This document shows, one piece after another, positions 1-13,398 of a stretch of DNA of 64,000 nucleotides. The stretch comes from Marsupella aquatica (Eukaryota; Plantae; Marchantiophyta): positions 24,699,233 through 24,763,232 of the forward strand of contig OZ316892.1 of the NCBI GenBank assembly GCA_973895155.1. The letters run 5' to 3'. A model generated the notes under the pieces. It was given only the letters and a program-made list of their open reading frames with translations. It searched no databases and was not told where the DNA came from. Positions within the stretch are counted from its first letter, which is position 1. Each line of letters begins with the position of its first letter. The position numbers were made by a program, and so were the translations under genes.

Positions 1-3000
1 ATCTAGTAGAATGTTTGGTAGAGATATGAATCGCGACTTGGTGCGGTGGCGTATGATCCATTCAGTAAGCAGGTGAGCACGATAAGCAACTACACAAGGG
101 ACACCGCCCATGAGTAGCTGCACGACTGCTGTTCCAGACGTACACAGTCCTGCATTGCTTGCCTAAGAAACAGTCCAATTTTTTAGTTGATTCGTATTTT
201 CAAAAGGGAGGCGAGTACCCAGAGGACAAGGGTGAATGATAGTCAGTCTATCAAGTATTCCCCATAAAGGACATGTAGCAAGCTTTCTCACATTGAAGCA
301 GGTCTTTTAAAAGTGCACGGCAAAGTTAAGGAAAACAAATAAGAGGATGCTATAAATGGCCTAACAGCGGACAAATAAGAGGGAAACTTACTGCAAACGC
401 ATTGTACTTGTCTGTATCTGAGGCTCCTGGAAGAATCACTACTGGTACATTCCATCTACGCACCAAAGCCTCTATGGATTGCACCAGAAACTGACTTTGG
501 ACTGTAGGAATCACAACCGTCAAATTTGGCACATCTTCGGCCAAGAGACGGAGGGCACCCTCAAAAATAGGAAGCATCCGCTGGACCTCTTGTACCCTGC
601 TTCCTGGTAATAAACTGAGCACTGTCGTTTCTGTGTCATACAATTACACAAACGAAGTGAAGTGTAAGTCCTTAGATTCAGTCATGAAGGACTGCTTTAA
701 AAGGGAGGTCGTCTGGATTATTCAGAGATTGTAAGTTGAGGAACTAACGTTATCCTTCAACTGCTACCCGAAAACACTTAATGGACAACAATAACAGAAC
801 TAGAATAATTGTTAATAAAAAGCAGACTCATTAAACTGATTACACATGAGATTTGAAGTCTATACCAGGGTCTATCCCATGGCACTCCCGAAAATGGGTC
901 CCGTCCCCCTCAATCTGCCAGCCATGATTACCGTGGAGCTCACCGTTCTGCAGACACTTGTTCTAGTTCAATCTTTTCAGTAGATACTACTGTCTGGCAT
1001 CTAAATCAATGCGATCCCAGTCAATATCACATCTATGAGACATCACAACTACAACACCTCATGCATCCATAAACTTGCTGTGCTAAGCTCTGTTTGGAAC
1101 GCCTCAACTGACCTCAGTAAAGATACACCAAAAAACCTTGGGTTCGTGAGCTTTCTGATGTAGATTAACTTATCCACCGACCCATGTGGGTTCACAGTCC
1201 CAGATTATAACGGCTATGTGGTACTAAATTTAAGCATATGCCTTACACTGCTCCCCAAACCCGTTCCTTCGTCAACCTCACTTGGAGGGGAAAAATACCG
1301 TAGAATGTCCTGACTTGCTAGCGTCTAGAAAGCGACTGCAGGTATGCAGAATAGAGAATGCGAGAGAAGGTACCAGCAGATGCATACAGCAGCGGAATGA
1401 GCATCCTCCAAAACAGGATGACCCACGAACGTGGCAGTCAATCCATTGGCTTCACAGACAGCCTCCTCAAATGGTAGTATGCATAGCATGAGGTCCACAA
1501 TCGTTGCCAAGTTCTTCAATCTCTTCTCACCACCTTTCCAGGCCCAAAATGAAGGTGACACGTAATGGACAGTTGGAGGACGCCTTTGCCCCAGTCGTGA
1601 GTATGCATCTACAAGGAAAAGAATAGAATCAGCTGTAAGATGCTACGAAGGTTCATAAATCGGTGCCAATTTATTTATTTGTACCTCTGAAGTTTCCCAT
1701 TTCCTCTCTATGCCACAACCAATTTGCACGATCCTGTTGCCTTGATGCAACAGAGTGTACTACGCATTTGAAAAGAAAACTCAGCATCAGCGACAACGAC
1801 GACAGGGGATCAATTTCAACGGTAATCTACCTATGAGGCCATTAAGCACACGGAAAGAAAACCCTTTGGCGTCCACAGTGATGACGACGTTCGGCTGAAA
1901 CTTAAGAGCTGCTGCGACTGTTTCCCGCAAACGTGCCTGACCAATTGGACTGTGAGTTAGCACAGCCTTAAGAGGGCGAACTTCATGGTCTCGTTTTATG
2001 GAGGGCTATGAGTGACCCCAGCATACACAATAGATTGTTTAGGTCATCATTAAAATTCACCGAATGTTACAGATATCTGTGATCCATACAAGACTAGACA
2101 AATCCTCACCAATAGACGAAAAGCATGTGGAATCAGCTCCACTGCCCCCATTACAGTTATATCCTCCATTGGGAACTGTGAATGTAGACCCTCCTTCTCC
2201 ATCAAAGGCCTGGCAATTTCATCAAACGAATTTTATAGATTCCACTTAGTATTACGACAAGAATTAGGTGGGGCAGATAAACCGGAACTAATTTACGATT
2301 AGCAAATGATATGCAACACGAAACCAGTGGAGGCTGGCGATGAGTTTGGTTCGCTGTATCCCCTGTAACTGAACCACTACGAGAATATTCAGATTCCAGT
2401 GTAAAAGACTCACATCGAGGACCTTGTTTGAACCTAAAGGCGAGAAACTTTGAAAAACTCCATAGGAGCTCTCCTTTAAGTCTTCGCTGAATATCACCAT
2501 TGTCTAGTTACAATTGTTGCTGGAATCTATATGTTCTTGTATGGTCGTTACTAATCTTTTCCACATCCGCGGGTGGATCTCTTGCCGTTGTGAGTCAGCT
2601 TTTCTAGAGATTTGTTTTTACTAAATTAACTTGAGTATAAGAGTGACGATGTGACCCTCGTAATTGCAATCCAATTGGCTCCTTTCTTTCCATGTGCCAA
2701 GCCCGTCAGATAAAATGGAGTGAACGTTAAATCTCACTCACCTTAATGTTCACTCACGTTCAAACTCCTATCACACAATGCGAGATAGAGTCTTACCCTG
2801 AACCTTAAACCCTAAACCCTTAACTCGATCTCTTCACTAAAAGCTTTGAAACTTAAACATTTTGCCTCGAATCCAGAAGGTGCAATGGATAGATATCAAT
2901 ACCCTCCAACGCCAGCAAACTCCAGGGGAGCTGAAGATAGGCAGCGGAGAGATGCCATGAGACGGCTCCCAATCGCATCCCCGGAAGGCTCCCCTGCAAC

Positions 3001-3198
3001 TATGAAGACCCGCAGAGCACTGGTTGTTGCCATCCCCCTCGTCCATCTTCTCCCCCCAAGCCCCAGCTCAAGAAAAGCTCTCTTGCTGCTGCTCATGCTC
3101 TTCTCTACTTGTCTCTGGACACCAGAAGCCTCCTCCCAAATTTTGCGGCAGGTTCTCACAGTCCTCCACACTACTTGAGGGCGACTGTAGAATGCCAT
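1..3198 (-). CDS. LPXB: Lipid-A-disaccharide synthase (plant organellar LpxB), multi-exon, 3' end outside the window
   Basis: Exons read LRVFIVAGEPSGDAIGSRLM (2903-3198), MEDITVMGAVELIP (~2110-2209), VITVDAKGFSFR (~1832-1937), VHYVSPSFWAWK...CILPFE...FVGHP (~1383-1609), LLPGSRVQEV (~392-637) and TSGTAVVQL...PCVVAYR...ISLPNILLD (1-162). These are glycosyltransferase family 19 LpxB motifs. GT-AG boundaries are present and the N-terminus is Arg/Ser-rich like a targeting peptide. Confidence 0.93.
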
Positions 3199-3789
3199 AG
3201 TCGCTAGAGCATGAAGGTTCAATGTGTCAAGCAATCCATTCGGGACAAAAGATTCGGGAGTGGCCGACGGCAATCAGTGAGCCTGCGGTTCATGAACAAA
3301 ATCTCATTTTCCAAATTTGATTTCCTGTGGGAGACTCCAACAAATGACAACGCTTCCAATTGAAGTCCACACCTGAATTGCAGCGGTCTGCCGCGCAGCT
3401 CTGGAACCGAGACCAGCACTGCCGATCGCAGCTGAAACCACAACAACAAACAACTGCTGCATCGAAATGATAACAGAGTCGCAATCCCTGCCCTGCTCTG
3501 CTCTTTTGGCCAGAGCCTCGTCACTCGGCTGGCTACAACAGCACGCTAAAATGCAGCCTCAGAAAGCACATTCCGCCAAGTTCCTCTAGTGCAGCTAAGA
3601 TTCTTCTTCGATTACTGGACCACTCTGCTCAGCTCGGCTCGGTTCGATGAGAAAGAAAGTATTCGGAATGCTGAGTTCGCCCAGAAGGAGTACGGCCGAC
3701 TTTTGAAGGGGGCACGATGGTTAAGCACAATATAAATAAATGGCGGTTACCTTAATTTAAACAGTTTTGGAGTCCCTTGCTATTATACA

Positions 3790-4617
3790 CTAGCTAAATG
3801 CCCTTGTGTTGCACAAAAGATGTTTTTGAGAACAAAGAGATAGTGTAGGTCAAGAGGTTATTGAGAAAAAAGATATCGTGTTGGCCAAAAGGTAGTTGAG
3901 AAGAAAGATGTCATGTCGCCCAAGATGTTGTTGAGAACAAAAGATGACATGTCGACCAAGATGCCGGTGATAACAAAAGATGTCGTGTCGGCCAAGTCGT
4001 TGAGAACAAAAGATGTCGTGTCGTCCAAGATGTCGGTGATAACAAAAGATGTCGTGTTGGCCAAGTCGTTGAGAACAAAAGATGTCGTGAAGAAAATACC
4101 CGTGCGTTACACAAAAGATGTCGTGAAGAAAAAGATGTCATGTCCCCCAAGATGTTGTTAAGAAAAAAAGATGTCATGTTGCCCAAGATGTTGTTAAGAA
4201 AAAAAGATGTCATGTTGCCCAAGATGTTACTAAGAAAAAAAATGTAGTGTCATCGTGTCCCCTAAGATGTTGTTAAGAAAAAAATATGTCATGTCGCCCA
4301 AGATGTTACTAAGAAAAGATGCCATGTCATCTAAGATGTCATTAAGAAAAACAGATGTTGTGTCGTCCAAGATGTTGTTATTTAAGAAAAAATATGTTGT
4401 GTCACCCAAGATGCTGTTAAGAAAAAAAATGTGGTGTTGCCCAAGATGTTCTTAAGTAAAAAACTGTCACACAAAAAGGGCGCAAAAAATGAGTAACAAC
4501 AACCCACAAACTATCACGAGACAAGAATGATTTTTGACTTTGTATTTTTAATTTTTTTATTCCTTGTAAACCTTTTACCACCCCCCCCCCCCCCCCCCCC
4601 TTAATTATATTTGTAGA
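3790..4617 (-). mobile_element. Non-autonomous Helitron (~830 bp)
   Basis: The minus strand starts TCTACAAATATAATTAAGGGG (from 4617) and ends GTGCAACACAAGGGCATTTAGCTAG (to 3790), matching typical plant Helitron termini. It is inserted between A and T with no TSD. Confidence 0.75.
3815..4455. repeat. Minisatellite of ~33-36 bp units inside the Helitron
   Basis: Roughly 15 or more degenerate copies of AAAAGATGTCGTGTCGCCCAAGATGTTGTTGAGAAC. Confidence 0.9.
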
Positions 4618-5179
4618 TTGATGTCTGTTCCTCATTCCACTTCACTTCCACCTGCTTCACCTTTAGTATATACCTTCTCCCCAACTTGATTTCCCCATAG
4701 ATGTTGAGGAGCCAAAGATACCCTTTGGTGTCTATTCTTCCTACATCTACACCCAAGCACCCTCTTTCTCCTATCCCTGAGCCTTACCACCTTCACCTAT
4801 ACCCACTCCTATTCCATCCTCTTCCATCAAGGATACCACTTTATCACCCCTTGGTGTTCCATTTCCCTCCCCTACCAGGGAAGGAAATGAACCCATTCCC
4901 GATCCTATTCTTGAGATTGAGCCTAAGATTGTAGAGCACTCCACTGTACCATTCGTAGCTCCTACACCCTTGATGTCTCAGCCTCCTATTGTCTCTTCTA
5001 TTGCCAATATTGAGCCCCTTTTTATTTTTCCCTTCGAGTTTGCTAGGATGATCACGTCACTCATTGATGCATGCATTCCTCTTGCACCTCCCTTATCTTG
5101 ACTTATGTTTGGTGGTCAGTCTTTTCCTTTTGTACATACCTACGATATGGTTCCAATTTCCTGTGGTATTCTATGGCTT

Positions 5180-5658
5180 CCTATTGACAAGCTGCGACTG
5201 CTAGAGATTGAGACTCTTGACTTGTGGAGTTGGTTTATCATTATAGAAAGGTCATTGCACCTTTCGCTCTTCTAGCCCCAAACATTGTATGGCCTTCAAA
5301 TTACTTTGTTTGGATTGGACCGGATGGACATATATTCCATTCGAAAGACCAGTGAGCCACACTTGATTCATTATCATGAAGACCTTTTTTGTCGGAAGTG
5401 TTTGAAGGGACAAAATTCCCTATTGACAAGCTGCGACTGCTAGAGATTGAGACTCTTGACTTGTGGAGTTGGTTTATCATTATAGAAAGGTCATTGCACC
5501 TTTCGCTCTTCTAGCCCCAAACATTGTATGGCCTTCAAATTACTTTGTTTGGATTGGACCGGATGGACATATATTCCATTCGAAAGACCAGTGAGCCACA
5601 CTTGATTCATTATCATGAAGACCTTTTTTGTCGGAAGTGTTTGAAGGGACAAAATTCC
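5180..5658. repeat. Direct tandem duplication, 239 bp x2
   Basis: CCTATTGACAAGCTGCG...GGACAAAATTCC starts at 5180 and again at 5419; the copies look identical by eye. Confidence 0.95.
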
Positions 5659-8138
5659 AAAGGGAAGATAGCCCTTTGTTTTGTAGCTTGCCTTCCTCTA
5701 CTTGTAGTTGACCCCCCTTCTATTGCAATATGAGATCCCGTATAAGATTAGTACTTTGTTTTATAGATTTATTACTTAGTGTACTCTAGTTTTGACTACT
5801 TTACTAAATGTTAGTCAAAGTTGACTTTTATTCACTTAGTTTAGACTTAGGAAATGAAGAGGCGTGTCTTTCATTCTCCTTAGCCAATGGGCCATTTCAT
5901 GTACTTATTGCAATACCAGTCTCAATTGAGACATAGTGGATAGTTATTTGCATCTCCTCATCTTGGAGTTTGTCCCTTATACTTGTAATGTATTTTAGCA
6001 AAGAAGATTTGTATGTCTTGAAATTTGATTACTCGTGCTAGGAGTCTATCCCTCCTTTGTGTGGCAATGCATGTTGCAATTACTATAAGAAGTAAAACTC
6101 ATAACAATACAGATTGTAGTTTGTATTGGAAGATCCGTTGGTCGGTGCCTAATTCAAACTACAATGTTTGTTGTTGATTTCTCTATTTTACATGAAAGAT
6201 CTATCTTTGAAAGATAAATATTGCATGTAGTTAAGAAGGAACGATATTCTTAATTCACAGATTTGAAGTACCATTGTGGTATATTGAATGTGCATTAGTT
6301 TTCCTTTGAAATTGCGCATCGCTGAAAAAGGAAACATGTAGCCGACATTTTAATGACACACTAATATGCACACAATCCAAAACTTATCTTGGGTTTTGTG
6401 AGCATATACACTTCTTAAACCTAGATTTATGATAGAAACCTAGAGAGCAGCTATGGCAAGGTTGTGTTCGACTTATCAACGTCTTAAATAATATCATCGC
6501 TCTTTCTTAAGACATGGTGACGGGTTAAAGATTGCTAAATTATACCTCTAAAAGCTCTAAGATTCTATTTTATTGAGCAAATGTCACTTTTGTTCCTATT
6601 TTATTAATCATTGTGTTTTGTTTAAAAATTGATTTTTCTTTAAGATGTCAAATACCATCTCTAAACCACTCAATACACTTTAAAATATCTCATCATCCCA
6701 TTCTTGTTCTTCCAAAGGGAACGAACACCAAAGCTTTAGCATATATCTGTTGATATTTATTTTTGTTAGCATACAACAATGGTCAGGGTAAACCAAGGGG
6801 GTCGGGGCCCCACAAAAGGCCAGGGCAAAGGGGATGAGGGATGCACATTCCAGGTGAATGTCCTTTATGGCAACACATTATGAGAATTCCCACATTAGCC
6901 ACTCAGGGTGGATATCCAAAATGGCACGAAGGCCATGCACCACACTCTCGCAATCGCCAGGGGTGGCCACACCAAACTGGTGAGGAAAAAAGTGTGATGA
7001 AAAGGGAGCCCGAGTTTACAGACAAACACCACCGGCTCACCAATCAAAACTATTCCCATAATGTGTTGCCATAAAGGAAACTTTGGCCAGACATAAATAA
7101 ATTATTATTATATATTACATTACATACTATAATACATGTTTGGGAGGGGTGCTAACCTTAACCTTGCTCCAAGAAAGCTCAGGAAACCTCCCTTTATGGT
7201 CAGAGGGTTACAAGCTAGTACCCCAGACCAGACCTGCATTATCCTATACAATGTCCTGCCTAACCGGTATTTTAAGGACTGTCTGGCAGAATTATGTGCA
7301 CACCTGGTTCAACCAACCTGTCCGCAAGAAAATAAGAAGAACCGTGAGTCACAAGGAGGCTGTGGCAATTTTCCCCTTGTCTCACTGCTGGACCTCTCCG
7401 CCCAGTTGTTTGTTCTCAAATTCAGAAGTACAACAACAAGATCTGTGCAGGTCGTGGCTTCACCTTGGGGGAGTTTAAGGCCCCAGGTATTTCCAAGAAG
7501 CTTGCTCCGACTGTGGGTATCGTAGTAGACCACTGGATGACGGTTTACTCCATAACTCTACCAGGACTTTCAGTAGCTCTACCAGGCTTTTTAGTTCTGG
7601 GCCCAATAGGGTGGTATATGGTAGCTTTGGGTCATTTTGGGTCTACTTTTGACTTTGTAATGACCAATTTTTTTAGCTTGCTTTCTTACTTTACTTAAAA
7701 CACTAAATTCTAGCTCACTTTTTCCTTTATTGGGTTGCTTCTCCTTTGGGACCTGTCTCCCATTTGGCATTTTGGTCCTTTGGCACAGTGTTATATATTT
7801 TATATAAATAATTTTGACCAGGATCCATCAAGTTTTGGTATGGGGACTGGGGGTTTACACCCTGTTGTGATGGGCACTCACCTGCTCCCGTGACACTGGG
7901 AAACCACTCCAATATATTTCCATGGCAATAACGGCAAATGACGGCTGAGATAAATATCCAGGCTGGCTGACAACTGAGATTCAGAGCACTGATTACTGAC
8001 TGCCAAACTTGACCAGTTCCGGGCGATGTCATGTCATGTGAGATCCTACTCTACTTGCTCTTTCAAACTCGATGTTGTGTCAAGGTCAAGTACATTGCAC
8101 AGGACTGGAGGCTGGACAGGTGCAGCATCTTAGCGCTT

Positions 8139-8355
8139 ACATTTTACTGCATTAGGATGAAATGCAGCACCATCCTGAATCCTCCTCCATATAACTTAAT
8201 AATTGAATGAACTAGCCTGATTACCCAGTCCTTGAACTTAATAGAGATACATTTTACTGCAGTAGGATGAAATGCAACACCATCCTGAATCCTCCTCCAT
8301 ATAACTAATAATTGAATGAACTAGCCTGATTACCCAGTCCTTGAACTAAGAGACA
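8139..8355. repeat. Tandem duplication, ~110 bp x2
   Basis: ACATTTTACTGCA.TAGGATGAAATGCA...CCTTGAACT occurs twice with few differences. Confidence 0.9.
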
Positions 8356-9243
8356 AACAAAAACCTTGGAAAGAAAAGTATTACTCCTGATTTCCTGCTC
8401 ATAGTTGCCCACTGTTCTTGTCTGGCCTCACCCTCACCTTCAATTATGCCCTCAGTTAGAGTTTTGGTCTAGAGGCTTTACTCTAGACCATAAGCCAAGG
8501 AAAGAGCTTTCTATTAGGCTTCATTAGCTAGATTAGGGTAGGCTCCAACTATTGGTTACTACTGTACAAGGAAGTGTTAATTTGTCTTAACCCTTATTAG
8601 TAGGTTGTCACTTTCCCACTCTCAAGTACCTCTATACTTTTCAAGAGCAGACATTTTTCGGTTCTACCCATGAATAAGTGTTGCTCACACTAATTCCGTT
8701 ATAACACTGATTCATGGCATTAAGCTGCGATAGTATTAATCAGAAAATAATTATCCATTGCTCTCACACCAGAGCAGATGTCAAAAGCCCATACAACCAC
8801 AATAGTGTGTTGAGAATTAGCCCATTCCATATGCATTCTCAAATTTGCCATTTTCCATCCAACGTTTGTGGTTGCCAGCTAATTCTAGTCACCTTTTTAG
8901 CGGAGACAGGGATCAACTCACAAAAGAGGTTAGTCAAATAGCTCCTCTTGTAAGCTGAGAAGCAGAGTAATTCACCAGCTATGCAGAATGTTCATGGGAA
9001 GCATCCCAACAACATAATGTATAAGGTGTTGGAAATATACTTAAAATGTCCAGAATCTTACAAAGTTTTCAACTTAACTTTCACAACTCCACAGCGCTTG
9101 GGCAGTGAGGGTGTGTGTGTGTGTGGGGGGGGGGGGGGTTAGTGTTAGGGCCACCTCAAAGAGTAACTAGGGGCGTCTCATCCATCCAAAGTTGCGAAGA
9201 ATACACGTTACTAGCACTATCCCAATTATTTGAACGTATGCAC

Positions 9244-9652
9244 AGGAAAGGCTCATTCATAACTCTCCGTGCCTGTCCCTACTCACTAGCTAGTCTGCAT
9301 ATCACAATCTCTGTTCTCAAATAAATCACAGCCTCTGGGATCACTCTACTGAGTAGGTCACGAACGTAGATTTTAATTTCGGCTTTTAGATTCCTAGGGA
9401 GATGGACTTAAAAGAAAGACAAGATATAGGAACAAACACCACACCAAAGGAAAGGCTCATTCATAACTCTCCGTGCCTGTCCCTACTCACTAGCTAGTCT
9501 ACATATCACAATCTCTGTTCTCAAATAAATCACAGCCTCTGGGATCACTCTACTGAGTAGGTCACGAACGTAGATTTTAATTTCGGCTTTTAGATTCCTA
9601 GGGAGATGGACTTAAAAAGAAAGACAAGATATAGGAACAAACACCACACCAA
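9244..9652. repeat. Tandem duplication, 204 bp x2
   Basis: AGGAAAGGCTCATTCATAAC...ACACCACACCAAA starts at 9244 and 9448; one substitution and one 1-bp indel seen. Confidence 0.95.
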
Positions 9653-9807
9653 AAGACTTGCAAGCAAGCAACAGAAAGCACATCAAATTTCTCCTTAAAA
9701 TCAGTTCCCAGTCAGCCATTCTTTGAAAAAGTTGAGCAAAAATTCTTCAGACGAGGTAGTGCAGCTTTCCTGGAATTTGAACAGGAGAGTCGTTCATGAG
9801 TGGTTGC

Positions 9808-9925
9808 TGGACTACACATCATGGTCTGCTTGCTTTGGCTCTCTTGAAATCTTCCCACTCAAATGGACTACACATCGATGGTCCTCTTGCTTTGGCTCTC
9901 GTGAAATCTTCCCACTCAAATACAT
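9808..9925. repeat. Tandem repeat, ~56 bp x2
   Basis: TGGACTACACATC...TTGCTTTGGCTCTC.TGAAATCTTCCCACTCAAA occurs twice. Confidence 0.85.
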
Positions 9926-10513
9926 CACTATGGCGAACATGAAGGTGCATGGAAAGTAAGTCAATAACGTTAATATAATTTCTTCAGGGCAGTCAGAGGA
10001 TCTGTGCTTGTAATGGTTCAAAGCAGGTGAGTCATTCAATTGCAACGAACAAACGGCCTCCACAATCATTTTTTACATTAGGAGGTATGCAAAAAAAGTT
10101 GTTGACTCGAGAAATATACTTCCGACAGCTTCTATACGCACCGGCAACGTTTTTCTATGCTCTCAAGGCTAACCTGCTTAATTTCTGAGTTCAATGGTCA
10201 ATTTGAAGGGTCCGGACAAAAGTCCTGATCTCCACATGATACAGGAGGCCCCAATTGCCTCTATTTTTCAAGATAGTTTTACTGTGACGATGACAGCATT
10301 TCCATGGATATAGCGTGACCCACAGAACTTAAGATCACCCACAGATCTCCGTCAGCTTCAACGTCTGGGTGCTGGTGTGCTCCACGTCAAAGACAAGGGG
10401 ATGTGCACAATCTCCAGCAGAGTAGCGGTATCTTACAAGATGTATTTTCTTCCTCTGCTGCTATCTGTCTTCAGCATTGGCTTCAGGGTTTACATCGCGT
10501 ATGTACAAGCGAT

Positions 10514-12690
10514 TCACATTTTAGGACGTTTAAAAATAGCCTCCCGCATGTACCTCAGTTCTGCTATGCTTTCTTTTATGTCTCCCAAGGCACGGTGTGT
10601 TTTCTTCTTCTGTGGAGCTTTATCAGCATCTGCATAAAAATAGATTTGTTACCATCAGGGAACCAAGGAAAGACTGGCAACCCACGGGAACCTTAAAACC
10701 TCTGGACCATGAATGGATTAAAACAGGCAGCGTAACTGACCTCGAGGGTACCAGCGGACGCATAAAGCTCGGATGCTGCTAACGTCCATCAAGACGTGAG
10801 GGAAAAATTCTGCCAGCTTTGGCATGTACTTCTGAGAGGATCCGGAAGGAGAATCAGGAAAATTCCAAGATGTCCTGAGCTTTATGCAAGTCTACAGTCC
10901 AAACGTGATAGAATCCTCTAAGATTTAGTTCCTTGCGTAGGTTGAAATTAATCACGTCACGAAACTTTGGATAGCTCACCCGAAGAAACAGTAGGTCCAC
11001 ATATACTGAATTTCCAGCCAGTAAAGCTCTACCAGGTGCCACGTGCTGACTCACAAAGTCCAGTACCTGAACTCAAAGGAGACATTATCACTGATAGTCC
11101 TTGAAAAGCAAAAGCCTTTTGGTGACCGGTAGACGAAGAACCAAGGTACAAGCTTATTCAAGAGTAATGAAATGGGAAGCCGGATACTCCGAAACGCGTA
11201 TTTGCGATACTGTAGTGGATTACTTCAGCAACAGCAGGTCTGACCAATGTTGAAATCCAAGACCTCCCGCTTAATGATGGGTATGCCTACTCAAATTAGC
11301 TCAATTCAGTGTATGATACAGCCGTCCACAGAATATCCAGAGAGATAGGCGTGCGTGAAAGATCCAAATAGAGACAGAGACACGGGAGGAATATGATACA
11401 CACCTGCTTCTCAGCTTCTTCCTGACTGATAGTGCTCCTTCGGACACCATCCACCAGACCTGTGAAAACCCGCATCAATCTAATCAGCTTTCTCTTTGGA
11501 CACGACATTCCAAAAGGCTCTGCTGCAGTTAGCTCTAAGAGAAAACACATGATTACAAAGTCTGCACAACATTAACTTGCCAGTGCATAGAAAGGCTTAA
11601 TGTTCACAGTAATATTGACCAGACTATCTGTACTAATCAAGGGCAAGCTTTTATACTGCAGAAATTATGGTGCATCGATGGTGTTTCCTTGTCCTATCCA
11701 GTCTGCAGGCCAAGCATACCAAACAAGATTGAATTGTTATGGATTAGGTTTGAAGAATGCATAGTATTTTCACAGTATAACAAAGCTTACAGGCTAGTAC
11801 CGCTTGCATTGTGGTGCTCCTGGCACCAATCGTTCATCCGTGCAAGAGCATCTTCAGATTGGTGGATAATGAGGTCTGGACCCTAGTCACCCCAACTTGT
11901 CAGCTAAGTATGTAACGGTAAATGGAGGACAATACACTCGAAACTTGAAGATTTCAATCAGGGTCATCCGCTAAAAATATTTTTGCAGTGCGTGGGCAAC
12001 CTCAATCATTTTCTCCAATCTGCCGTCTGTGATTATACACGCGATCTCCAAAATTAGGTCTCTCTCCAGGTCCAGACCTACAAAATATACCAGTCAATTC
12101 GTCAAAAGGGTTTCTTCCCGTGAAACGAATCAGAAGAAATGAGTACCCTTTGCAATAGAAGAAACTAGCAATGATTCACGTGCTTAGCGCGAGACATCTA
12201 CAGTAGTGAATGAGAAGAGCTGCTAGTGCAATTGGACTTGAACGGGACACGGATGTGTTGAAAGCAGTGCACGGAAAATTCTCGACAAAGTAAATTTATT
12301 ACGCCTCTTCCTAGGTTTTGGAAATCTGCTTAACATTTTCAGATAAGTGAAATTTCGACTCATATTGGGTTTGGTTTGTTGGCTTCCAAACTAAAATTTC
12401 ATCCACCGATAGTCAGGGGAAGAATGACTTGAGTTTAAAGTCCAAACAGTGCGAGAAAAGGGAGAGAACGTACCTGTCATCTCGAGATCAATCCAAAACA
12501 GAGGCTTGTAAAGCTCGAGCGGGCCAACACTATCCCGCTTGCTGCCGCCAGCATCCTTAACCGACGAGCTCTGGGATGACGACTTAATAGCACTCGTCGC
12601 ACCTTTGGCTTTGGGGTTCGCGACAGGATTGAGGTCCTCATCATCCTCAACGAAACTGAGGGCCGAGAAAATATTCGTGATGCGCTGCAT
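10514..12690 (-). CDS. ORN: Oligoribonuclease (DEDDh 3'-5' exoribonuclease, Orn/REXO2 family), about 7 coding exons
   Basis: Exons read MQRITNIFSALSF...PLFWIDLEMTG (12690-12474), LDLERDLILEIACIITDG (12077-12001), GPDLIIHQ...MNDWCQEHH (~11882-11801), LLAGNSVYVDLLFLR (~11066-10980), KYMPKL...DVSSI...RWYP (~10831-10741) and HRALGDIKESIAELRY (~10630-10514). Confidence 0.95.
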
Positions 12691-13212
12691 GCCGTTCAAG
12701 CAAGCCAGCAAGCGAACCTTCTCTCGTCCAGCTGTGCGACACCAGAACCAGAGTCTCACATCATCTGGAAGCACAATGGATCCCCAAACCGAATGAATTT
12801 GCAGAAGCTCACTGCCTGGAGTTTAGGCTGCCTTCCATTGGGTTGGTGCCTCAGTGCATCAAAGAGGCCACTGCAGGTCTTGTCGAAGACCGACACGCAT
12901 CACATACAGTGAGTGCAACAGACGACGATTTCACCGAAGCTAATATTCTCGACGATTCAGGGATGTGGCAATCACAATGACATTGAGAGCAAGACCCTCG
13001 CTCATCGCCTTCGACAGGAGAACTTCATGAACGTCAACAACTCCTCTGCTCGTCTCAGCCTTTCCATAAAAAAAAACCCATGACCATGACAAATTGGAAA
13101 GTGGTAGGAGGTGAATATATGCTGGAATGTATGACTGGTACTGGCAAATTTTCAGAATGACCGTCGTAGTAGTAATCATAAGTTCAATCCTGCAAGAAAA
13201 CAGCGCCAAGGG

Positions 13213-13398
13213 AGATATACTTGGTGTACCTCTAAATTGAAAACTGTTATGAAAAGTGTTAAAGTGTTACATGATGGACCCATGAGTCCCCATGGAATGT
13301 TGGATAAGTTGATTTAAGGCCTATAAAGGGTCTGGATCACTCTTCAGGTACATTAAATATCACTTTTCAAAGTTAGGGGGTACATCAAGTATATATCT
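13213..13398. mobile_element. Degenerate MITE-like foldback (~185 bp)
   Basis: Imperfect ~33-bp inverted ends: AGATATACTTGGTGTACCTCTAAATTGAAAACTG versus CACTTTTCAAAGTTAGGGGGTACATCAAGTATATATCT. No clear TSD. Confidence 0.6.

Noticed and set aside
2796-2823. Interstitial telomere repeat in LpxB intron 1
   Set aside because: Only about four degenerate CCCTAAA-like units; a common telo-box-type motif.
3858-4455. Repetitive ORFs (MSPKMLLRTKD... and antisense) as proteins
   Set aside because: They are by-products of the Helitron minisatellite being open in several frames.
4660-6770. Decayed retrotransposon body
   Set aside because: The composition is suggestive, but no termini or protein motifs could be identified.
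6784-7865. hAT-like element with CAGGGT(G)TAAACC ends and ORFs at 7136-7525
   Set aside because: The inverted match is short and imperfect, there is no TSD, and the ORFs have no recognisable domain.
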